DNA from: Planctomycetota bacterium | GTDB taxonomy: Bacteria; Planctomycetota; Planctomycetia; JALXBF01 | Direction of reading: 5' to 3' | Assembly (NCBI GenBank): GCA_026991575.1 | Contig: JALXBF010000130.1 | Coordinates: 1-47,525, forward strand | DNA: 47,525 bases | In this document: positions 39,504 through 47,525 of the stretch, in pieces | Position numbering within the stretch: the stretch's first letter is position 1 | How the letters are laid out: each line of letters starts with the position of its first letter | Position numbers and translations under genes: made by a program | Notes under the pieces: model-generated | The model's input: the letters and a program-made list of their open reading frames with translations, nothing else | Database searches by the model: none | What the model was told of the DNA's origin: nothing

Positions 39504-42461
39504 ATGCGATACCGCCTGCCTGCTGGCAGCAACCTTAGCCGCGCAAACCGCTTCCCTGCTCCACACGTGGCATTGGCCGTCGTCGTGGCGTGTTGCTGGT
39601 TTTCCGGGTCGGCCGTTGCCAGGGCCGATGAGCCGGTCGACTTCAACCGCCAGATCCGTCCCATCTTTGCCCGGCACTGTATCGCGTGCCATGGCGGCGT
39701 GACCCGTTCCGGCGGCATGTCGTTTCTGTATCCGGAGACGGTCTTGCCGCCGGGCGACGCTGTTGTTGTCCCCGGCAAGCCGGAGGAATCGGAGCTGTTT
39801 CGGCGGATCACCTCGACCGATCCGGACTACCGCATGCCACCGCCTGAGAAGGGCGACGGATTACGCGAGGAAGAGATCGAGCTTATCCGTCGATGGATTG
39901 CCCAGGGGGCCAGGTGGGCACCGCACTGGGCATACGTGCCGCCGCAGCGGCCGCCCTACCCGAAGCTTTCGCTGACCGCCTGGCCTCAGCAGCCGCTGGA
40001 TGTCTACGTGCTGGCACAGCTTGAACGCATGGGCCTCTCGCCCGCGTCTGAAGCTTCTCGTCTTCAGTGGTTACGTCGCGTTAGCTTCGATCTGACTGGT
40101 CTTCCTCCGGAGGAGGAACTCGTCCGGGCCTTTCTCTCCGATGAACGGCCCGACGCTCACAGCCGCGTGGTCGACCGGCTGCTGGCGTCGCCTCGGTACG
40201 GCGAACGGTGGGCGTCACCGTGGCTGGATTTGGCGCGCTATGCCGACAGCCAGGGCTACGAGAAGGACAACCTGCGCACCATGTGGCCCTACCGTGACTG
40301 GGTCATTCGAGCGTTCAACGCCGACCTGCCCTTTGACCTGTTCACGATCAAGCAATTGGCTGGGGACCTGTTGCCGGACGCTACGCTGGAGGACATCCTC
40401 GCTACCGCCTTCCACCGCAATACGCCCACCAACGCCGAGGGGGGCACGGATGACGAGGAGTTCCGGCTGGTTGCCGTTATCGATCGTGTGAACACGACCT
40501 GGGAGGTCTGGCAGGGGATTACGTTTAATTGTGTCCAGTGCCACAACCATCCGTACAACCCGATCGAACACCGCGATTACTACCGCTTCTTAGCCCTCTT
40601 CAACACGACTCGGGACTGGGACCTGCGCAACGACAAGCCACTGTTGCAGGTGCCGCGTGATCGGAAGCGGTTTGCTGAGGCCCGCAAGCTGGATCGGGAA
40701 CGGTATCGCCTGGAGCTGGAGCAGGTGACCGAGACCCGCCAGTTGGCCGCAGCGACACCGTGGCATTACCTGCGGCCCGTGCATGCGGTGTCGACGGGGC
40801 TGACCGAGCTGGTCGTGAAGCAGGACAGCCAGGGTGTTCCGGAGATTCACACCGCAGGCACCGTCTCGCACGACTCCCGCTTTGACCTGCATTTCGAGTT
40901 GCCGGACGGCATGCAGCGGATCACGGCGCTGTTGGTCGAGGTGTTGCCGCGTGATCCGCGGAAGGCCGTGCATACGCCGGAGCTTGGCTTTGAGATTTCT
41001 GAGCTGAAGGCAGAATTGCTCGTGCGTGTCACGGAAGGAGGCCAGACCAAGCAGGAGCATCGCTCGGTGAGACTGGCCTGGGCGCTGGGCGATGAGACCG
41101 TGCCTTTTGACGATCCGCAGGCGACACTGAACCCGGACAAATGGGGTTGGGGTGCCAACCCGCGGATGTGCCACGTGCGACGGCTGGTGGTCGTGCCTGC
41201 TGAGCCGATCGAACTGCCCGACGGGCACGTTCGGCTCCGGCTGGTCATTCGCCAGGAGGCGGCCCCCCATGATCTGGCGCCGCTGGTCATGAACCGCAGC
41301 CGATATGCCGTCACGGACGCGCCACTGTGGACCGACTACGTGCGCTCGAGCGCGTTTCGCGAGCGGCAGCGGCGGTTGGCCGACCTGCGCCGTCAGCGTC
41401 GGGCTATCGCCAGTGTCGGGGTACCGGTCATGATGGAGCAGGATCCCTGGTTGCGCAGGGTGACCGCTGTGTTTCGGCGGGGCGACTGGCGGGACAAGAC
41501 CGATGTGGTTGAGCCAGGGCTGCCGGCCATGTTCCGTGTGCCGGATCAGCCGCAGGACCGGTTAGGGCTGGCCCGTTGGCTGGTCAGCGAGGACAATCCG
41601 CTGACGGCACGTGTGACGGTGAACCGCTTCTGGCAGGAACTCTTTGGCGTGGGCATCGTGGAGACCTCCGGAGACTTCACGCTCAGCGGCCAACCCCCCG
41701 TGAATCAGCCACTACTCGACTACCTGGCCGTGCGGTTCGCGCGCGATTACCGCTGGAGCATGAAGCGGCTGCTCCGCGAGATCGTGCTCTCGGCCACCTA
41801 CCGCCAAAGCGCGCGGGTAGAGGACGACAAGCTGGCGGTCGATCCGCAAAACCGCTATCTCAGTCGAGGCCCGCGACTGCGGCTGACGGCCGAGATGGTG
41901 CGGGACAACGCGCTGGCCGTCTCCGGCCTGCTGTCCACGAAGATGTTTGGCAAGCCGGTGATGCCGCCGCAGCCAGAGGGAATCTGGCGGGCAGCGCGCA
42001 GCAGCTTGCGCTGGAAGACCGACACGGGCGCGGACCGCTATCGCCGAGGGGTCTACGTCATTTGGCGGCGATCCAGCCCGTACCCGAGCTTCATGATCTT
42101 CGACGCACCGCAGCGGCTCGTCTGCTCGTCGCGCCGCGTGGCTACGAACACCCCGTTGCAGGCACTGGTCACACTGAACGACCAAGCGTATATCGAGTGC
42201 GCCGTGGCACTGGCTGACTGGATGTTGCAGTTGCCTGTCACGGAACCGCGGGCCCGGATTGCCGCAGCCTATCGCCGGGCAACCGGGCGAGCGGCTGATG
42301 AGCAGGTGCTGCGTACGCTGCTGCACGTGTATCGGGTGGCACGGGCCACCTATGAGAAAGAGCCCGAGTTGGCGCGTCAACTGGCAGGCTCTGCGGAACG
42401 GTCCGCACTGGCGCTGGTGGCCAACACGATTTTGAACCTGGATGAAATCCTGAACCGCTGA
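39504..42461 (+). CDS. Planctomycete cytochrome c (PSCyt1) + DUF1549 + DUF1553 (PSD1) protein, copy A
   Basis: VDFNRQIRPIF..CIACH, RRVSFDLTGLPP, WLDLARYADS, CVQCHNHP, NPLTARVTVNRFWQ, NTPLQAL..LND. Confidence 0.92.
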   Translation: MRYRLPAGSNLSRANRFPAPHVALAVVVACCWFSGSAVARADEPVDFNRQIRPIFARHCIACHGGVTRSGGMSFLYPETVLPPGDAVVVPGKPEESELFRRITSTDPDYRMPPPEKGDGLREEEIELIRRWIAQGARWAPHWAYVPPQRPPYPKLSLTAWPQQPLDVYVLAQLERMGLSPASEASRLQWLRRVSFDLTGLPPEEELVRAFLSDERPDAHSRVVDRLLASPRYGERWASPWLDLARYADSQGYEKDNLRTMWPYRDWVIRAFNADLPFDLFTIKQLAGDLLPDATLEDILATAFHRNTPTNAEGGTDDEEFRLVAVIDRVNTTWEVWQGITFNCVQCHNHPYNPIEHRDYYRFLALFNTTRDWDLRNDKPLLQVPRDRKRFAEARKLDRERYRLELEQVTETRQLAAATPWHYLRPVHAVSTGLTELVVKQDSQGVPEIHTAGTVSHDSRFDLHFELPDGMQRITALLVEVLPRDPRKAVHTPELGFEISELKAELLVRVTEGGQTKQEHRSVRLAWALGDETVPFDDPQATLNPDKWGWGANPRMCHVRRLVVVPAEPIELPDGHVRLRLVIRQEAAPHDLAPLVMNRSRYAVTDAPLWTDYVRSSAFRERQRRLADLRRQRRAIASVGVPVMMEQDPWLRRVTAVFRRGDWRDKTDVVEPGLPAMFRVPDQPQDRLGLARWLVSEDNPLTARVTVNRFWQELFGVGIVETSGDFTLSGQPPVNQPLLDYLAVRFARDYRWSMKRLLREIVLSATYRQSARVEDDKLAVDPQNRYLSRGPRLRLTAEMVRDNALAVSGLLSTKMFGKPVMPPQPEGIWRAARSSLRWKTDTGADRYRRGVYVIWRRSSPYPSFMIFDAPQRLVCSSRRVATNTPLQALVTLNDQAYIECAVALADWMLQLPVTEPRARIAAAYRRATGRAADEQVLRTLLHVYRVARATYEKEPELARQLAGSAERSALALVANTILNLDEILNR

Positions 42462-42462
42462 G

Positions 42463-42492
42463 GCTCGGAGCCAGGCTGTAGGGGCTCCGAGC
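42463..42492 (+). other. Intercistronic hairpin
   Basis: GCTCGGAGCC/GGCTCCGAGC 10-bp inverted repeat between the copy A stop and the DUF1501 RBS. Confidence 0.55.
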
Positions 42493-42507
42493 GGGGGTGA
42501 GGAAGCG

Positions 42508-43974
42508 ATGCGTTCGGTAGATCGACTGCACGGCGAAGTTCGCGAGTACCTGGCATTGCAGACTCGCCGTCACTTTCTCCGCTCCGGCCTGGCCTGCCTC
42601 GGTGGGCTGTGGCTGCTGGAACAGGGAATCGTTGCCGCGCCCAGGCGCGAGCAGCAGAGCGTGGATCCGCTTGCAGCACGCAGCCCTCACTTCCGGCCCC
42701 GCGCCAAGTACGTCATCCACCTGCACATGACCGGCGCCCCAAGTCACCTGGAGCTCTTCGACTACAAGCCAGCCCTGGTCAAGTACAACGGCAAAGACTG
42801 CCCGAAGGAATACCTCGAAGGCAGACGGTTCGCGTTCATCACCGGCGTGCCCCAACTGCTGGGACCGCTGTACCCGTTCCACCAGGACCCGAAAACCGGT
42901 ATTTGGATTTCGGACCGTTTGCCCGAGTTTGAGAAACAGCTCGACAAGGTTTGCATCATCAAGTCAATGCGCAGCAATCAGTTCAATCATGCTCCCGCCC
43001 AACTACTCATCCTCACCGGCAACACCAACCTCGGCTATCCCAGTATCGGTGCGTGGACGCTCTACGGCCTGGGCAGCGAGAACCGCGATCTGCCCGGGTA
43101 TGTGGTGCTGTTGTCTGGTGGTCAGAACCCGGATGCCGGCAAGGCCGCGTGGGGTTCGGGCTTCCTGCCCAGTATCTACCAGGGGGTCCAGTGCCGCAGC
43201 AAGGGGGATCCGGTGCTGTTCCTGTCCAACCCGCCGGGGATTAACCGCAAGCTGCGGGGCAAGACAATCGAGGCTATTCGCCAGATCAACGAACGCACGT
43301 ACCGCGAGCTTGGCGACCGCGAGATCCTGACCAGGATCGCCCAGTACGAGATGGCTTTTCGGATGCAGATCAGTGCCACGGAAGCAATGGATATCACGCA
43401 AGAGCCGGACTATATCCACAAGATGTACGGCACGAAGCCTGGGCAGGAAAGCTTCGCGAACAACTGCCTGCTTGCCCGCCGCCTCATCGAGCGCGGTGTC
43501 CGCTACGTGCAGTTGTTCGACTGGGGCTGGGACCACCACAGCGGGCTGGATACCGCGTTCCCGAAGAAGTGCCAGCAGATCGACCGCCCGATTGCCGCAC
43601 TGCTTAAGGACCTTGATCAGCGTGGTCTGCTGGACGAGACGCTGGTCATCTGGGGTGGTGAGTTTGGTCGCACGCCGATGCAGGAGAACCGTGGCGGCAT
43701 GAAGGCGAAGAGTCCCGGCCGGGATCACCACATCGACGCGTTCACGATCTGGATGGCGGGCGCGGGCATCAAGGGGGGCATGACGTATGGTGAAACCGAC
43801 GAGATCGGCTTCAGTGTAGTCAAGGACCCGGTCAGCATCCACGACCTGCACGCAACCATCCTGTATCTGCTCGGGCTCGACCACCGCAAGCTGAGCTTCT
43901 TCTTCCAGGGGTTGGATCAGACGCTGACGGGTGTCGCCGAACCGTCGCGCGTGGTGCACGAGATCATCGGGTAG
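42508..43974 (+). CDS. DUF1501-family protein with Tat signal
   Basis: TRRHFL Tat motif, AKYVI.L.M.GAPSHLELFDYKP, NCLLARRLIERGVRYVQL, WDHH, WGGEFGRTP, GRDH, HDLHATIL. Confidence 0.92.
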   Translation: MRSVDRLHGEVREYLALQTRRHFLRSGLACLGGLWLLEQGIVAAPRREQQSVDPLAARSPHFRPRAKYVIHLHMTGAPSHLELFDYKPALVKYNGKDCPKEYLEGRRFAFITGVPQLLGPLYPFHQDPKTGIWISDRLPEFEKQLDKVCIIKSMRSNQFNHAPAQLLILTGNTNLGYPSIGAWTLYGLGSENRDLPGYVVLLSGGQNPDAGKAAWGSGFLPSIYQGVQCRSKGDPVLFLSNPPGINRKLRGKTIEAIRQINERTYRELGDREILTRIAQYEMAFRMQISATEAMDITQEPDYIHKMYGTKPGQESFANNCLLARRLIERGVRYVQLFDWGWDHHSGLDTAFPKKCQQIDRPIAALLKDLDQRGLLDETLVIWGGEFGRTPMQENRGGMKAKSPGRDHHIDAFTIWMAGAGIKGGMTYGETDEIGFSVVKDPVSIHDLHATILYLLGLDHRKLSFFFQGLDQTLTGVAEPSRVVHEIIG

Positions 43975-43980
43975 CAAGCA

Positions 43981-46878
43981 ATGGATCGGGCTTGCCGGAT
44001 ATGCTCCACTGCCGTCGTTGTCGTCTTTCTAGCCGCGCGCCTGCCGGCCGGTTCGTCAGCTGATGAGCACGAGGAATTCTTCGTGCGCCAGGTGTGGCCG
44101 ATCCTGGCGCAGCGGTGCATCACGTGTCACGGCGGCGTGAAACCTAAGGCTGGCGTGTCGTTTGTGTACCCGGAGACGATCCTGCCGCCGGGCAAGGCAG
44201 TGGTTGTGCCGGGCAAGCCGGACGAGTCGGAGCTGATCCAACGCGTTAGCGCGCAAGACCCGGAATACCGGATGCCGCCACCAGACCACGGCGATGGCCT
44301 GTCGGCTACGGAAATCGACGTGCTGCGTCGCTGGATTGCCAGCGGTGCTCGGTGGCCACAGCACTGGGCATTTACCGCCCCTCGGCTGCTCGTGCCCCAC
44401 AAGCCCGAGCATGGCAACTGGTGCCGCACGGGTCTGGATTGCTGGATCATCGAACAGCTCCGCGCTGCCGGAACTTACCCGGCTCCCGCGGAGGAGCCGC
44501 GTCGCTGGCTGCGGCGCGCCAGCTTCGATCTGACAGGCCTACCCCCGGACCCATCCCTCCTCCGTGAACTACTCGCCTCGGATCGGCCCGATGCCGCCGA
44601 GCGCATCGTCGATCGACTGCTCGCTTCGCCCGCGTTCGGAGAACGCTGGGCATCCCACTGGCTCGACCTGGCGCGCTATGCCGACAGTCAGGGCTATGAG
44701 GCGGACAACCTCCGAACCATGTGGCCTTATCGCGACTGGGTCATCCGGGCGTTCAATGCCGACATGCCGTTCGACCGGTTTACGATCGTTCAGCTCGCCG
44801 GGGATCTGCTGCCCGATCGCACACTGGACGACGAAATTGCCACGGCATTTCACCGCAACACGCCGACCAACAGCGAAGGAGGCACCGATGATGAGGAATT
44901 CCGCACGGTGGCCGTCATCGACCGCGTCAACACGACCTGGGAGGTCTGGCAAGGGCTAACGTTCAAGTGCGTCCAGTGCCACAATCATCCATATCTTCCG
45001 ATCGAACATCGCGATTATTACCGATTCCTGGCGCTGTTCAACACGACGCGTGACTGGGACCTCCCGAACGAAAAGCCTCTGCTACGCGTGCCCCATGACC
45101 GTCACCGCTTCGCTCAGGCCCGCGCCCTTGACAGACGCCGCGAAGAGCTCGAACGGAGCCTGGTGACCGAGACGTTGGCACGCACGCGCCATACGGTCTG
45201 GTACTACCTGAAGCCGGTCTATGCCGACTCCACGTACCTGACAGAGCTCGTTGTGCGCGAGTCGGACGGAGTGCCTGAGATCCACACGGCGGGCACCGTG
45301 TCGCACGATTCAATGTTCACGTTGGTGTTCGATCTACCCCCCGGGTTGCGTCACATCTCGGCCCTGCTCGTTGAAGTGCTGCCGCGGAACCTGCGGAAAG
45401 CAGTGCACACGCCCGAGCTCGGCTTCGTAATCTCGGAGATCAAAGGCTGGCTCTTGCCGGCAGACGATACCCCCCCTGGCAAACGGGGTAGGCCGATCAC
45501 ATTTCGCTGGGCACTCGGCGACGAGACACTGCCTTTCGGCGATCCCATGGCCTCGCTGAAGCCGGATAAGGCCGGCTGGGGCGCCAAGCCCCGCCTGACC
45601 CACCCACGTCGCCTGGTGCTCGTGCCGGACAGCCCAATCCGGCCAGCTCCGGGCGAACGCCTCAAGTTGGTCATCCGTCAGGAGGATGCTCCACGCGGCT
45701 ACTCACCACTGGTCATGAACCGCAGTCGTTACGCGGTGACCGACGCCCCTGAGTGGACCACGTGGACCACGTCGGCCGAGTTCACCGCGCTGATGCGGGA
45801 GCTTGCTCAGGTTCGTGCCAAACGGGCACGCATCCCGGGAGTCGACCTCCCCGTGATGCGCGAACAGGATCCGTGGCTTCGTCGGGTCACGGCCGTGTTC
45901 CGCCGCGGTAACTGGCTGGATAAGACCGAACCGGTCGATCCAGGACTACCGCGATTCCTCGCGGCAGGCGTCCACGTCGAGGACCGTCTCGCGCTGGCCC
46001 GCTGGTTGGTCGGCTCCCAGAATCCGCTAACGGCTCGGGTAACCGTGAATCGGTTCTGGCAGGAGCTCTTCGGCGAGGGCCTGGTTCCGACGCCGGATGA
46101 CTTTGGCCCCATGGCCCCTTATCCCACCAGCCGTGGCGCCCTGGACTATCTGGCCGTGCGCTTCGCCGACCATCACCGCTGGAGTATCAAGCGGCTCCTG
46201 CGCGAGATCGTCCTTTCCGCAGCGTATCGCCAGCGCGCCGCGGTCAATCCCGAGGAGCCGTCCTCGCCATCACTCGCACGCGGTCCACGCCAGCGGCTTG
46301 CCGCTGAGATGCTCCGGGACAACGCCCTGGCTGTCTCGGGACTGCTGAGCCGTAAGATGTTCGGTCCCCCCGTCATGCCGCCCCAGCCGGAGGGCATCTG
46401 GCGAGCAGCACGCAGCAGTCTGCGCTGGAAGACATCTGGAGGAGAAGACCGATATCGCCGGGGCGTCTACGTCATTTGGCGGCGGACCAGCCCGTATCCC
46501 AGCTTCATGATCTTCGATGCACCGCAGCGAATCGTGTGCTCCTCACGCCGTGTGGTCACGAACACGCCACTGCAGGCACTGGTCTGTTTGAACGACGAAG
46601 CATATGTGGAGTGCGCGAAAGGACTAGCCGACCGCGTCCTCCACGAGCTGCCTGAAAGCCCCGCCGCCACGCTCATCGCTCGCATGTACGCGCTCGCAAC
46701 CGGGTCCAGTCCCGATCACGCAACGCTCGCGGTGCTTCAGGACGTTTACGAGTATGCGTTGCTGGAGTACCGGGCCAATCCGACGCTGGCTCGTCCGATG
46801 GGATCCGATCCCCATCGAGCTGCGCTCGCTCTGGTGGCCAACACGATCCTGAACCTCGACATCGTCCTCTGCCGGTAA
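43981..46878 (+). CDS. Planctomycete cytochrome c (PSCyt1) + DUF1549 + DUF1553 (PSD1) protein, copy B
   Basis: Same architecture as copy A: CITCH, WLDLARYADS, CVQCHNHP, NPLTARVTVNRFWQ, NTPLQAL. Confidence 0.92.
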   Translation: MDRACRICSTAVVVVFLAARLPAGSSADEHEEFFVRQVWPILAQRCITCHGGVKPKAGVSFVYPETILPPGKAVVVPGKPDESELIQRVSAQDPEYRMPPPDHGDGLSATEIDVLRRWIASGARWPQHWAFTAPRLLVPHKPEHGNWCRTGLDCWIIEQLRAAGTYPAPAEEPRRWLRRASFDLTGLPPDPSLLRELLASDRPDAAERIVDRLLASPAFGERWASHWLDLARYADSQGYEADNLRTMWPYRDWVIRAFNADMPFDRFTIVQLAGDLLPDRTLDDEIATAFHRNTPTNSEGGTDDEEFRTVAVIDRVNTTWEVWQGLTFKCVQCHNHPYLPIEHRDYYRFLALFNTTRDWDLPNEKPLLRVPHDRHRFAQARALDRRREELERSLVTETLARTRHTVWYYLKPVYADSTYLTELVVRESDGVPEIHTAGTVSHDSMFTLVFDLPPGLRHISALLVEVLPRNLRKAVHTPELGFVISEIKGWLLPADDTPPGKRGRPITFRWALGDETLPFGDPMASLKPDKAGWGAKPRLTHPRRLVLVPDSPIRPAPGERLKLVIRQEDAPRGYSPLVMNRSRYAVTDAPEWTTWTTSAEFTALMRELAQVRAKRARIPGVDLPVMREQDPWLRRVTAVFRRGNWLDKTEPVDPGLPRFLAAGVHVEDRLALARWLVGSQNPLTARVTVNRFWQELFGEGLVPTPDDFGPMAPYPTSRGALDYLAVRFADHHRWSIKRLLREIVLSAAYRQRAAVNPEEPSSPSLARGPRQRLAAEMLRDNALAVSGLLSRKMFGPPVMPPQPEGIWRAARSSLRWKTSGGEDRYRRGVYVIWRRTSPYPSFMIFDAPQRIVCSSRRVVTNTPLQALVCLNDEAYVECAKGLADRVLHELPESPAATLIARMYALATGSSPDHATLAVLQDVYEYALLEYRANPTLARPMGSDPHRAALALVANTILNLDIVLCR

Positions 46879-47525
46879 CGCCCGGTCAGCGACCAGCCCG
46901 GTCCCATGTGGGACTTCGCAGGCCGACCGAACGAGCCGGGGAGGCGTCCAGCAGCGTGGTGCACGTGTCCCTTGGCCCCCTCCATCGGCACCCACCGCTC
47001 CCCCACTCGGCCCGGCCCTTACCGCTCCCTTCCCGCCTCCGGTGTCATCTGCATACCAACCTGAGCCAGGGGGCGACGGGGACGGCGAGCTACCACGTGA
47101 TGGACCGCGGTCCCCAGCTGCCCTTGTGGTTGGTCCTCCGAGTCTTCAGCAGCAGCCGAGGCAGTCGCTAGCACCCGTAAACTGGCAACGGTTTCGGACC
47201 GCGCGTACCATCGTAGCCGGCTCTTGTGGCAGCGTCGGTAGCGGGACCACGCATCAGTCGGCGGCCCACAGAGAAGCCGACCAGATGCATGGCTCGCGAC
47301 AGCCTGCCACCGGCGGTTACCGCACTCGGATGACAGCGGGATACACGCTAGGCTATGCGGTACCTTAAGAGTTGTTAGGCCCCATGACGAGGAATGCGGT
47401 CGTGACGGGTAAACCCGCAGCAAGCACTGGTTCGTCGACCATGAATTGGACGGCGCGGGAGATCACCCCCTGTGGCTGGCCTCACGGTCGGATACGCGTC
47501 TTCACCGACCACAATGCTCTGGTTC

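Noticed and set aside
46879..47525. Short ORFs and a GGTAAACC-like motif at the window end
   Set aside because: No recognisable product, and the motif lacks the GACGCAAA/P3 elements of a second c-di-GMP riboswitch.

Overview
High-GC bacterial chromosomal segment, almost certainly from a Planctomycete. The evidence is two PSCyt1/DUF1549/DUF1553 cytochrome-c proteins, a Tat-exported DUF1501, DUF1598, a LEPR-XLL secretion-motif protein and a sulfatase. About 32 CDSs are supported: holB coupled to exbB-exbD-exbD, galE, an OYE flavin oxidoreductase, sulfatase plus GH99, sppA, a STAS/RsbW pair, AOR-family oxidoreductase -> BFD [2Fe-2S] protein -> mutS, a Gly/Pro/Met/Tyr repeat lipoprotein, a TlpA-like redoxin, an RTX-type Ca-binding protein, an SSS/dehydratase/ceramidase-like/DHDPS-family sugar-acid operon, a BFD-fused ferredoxin-nitrite reductase with an FNT channel, an NMO/FabK-family flavoprotein and a PSD1-DUF1501-PSD1 triad. 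Non-coding elements read directly from the sequence are a c-di-GMP-I riboswitch in front of the RTX gene, a sigma-54 promoter with two NtrC-like boxes in front of nirA, and several hairpins. I saw no tRNA, rRNA, CRISPR array or mobile element. All family calls come from motif recognition, not database searches.
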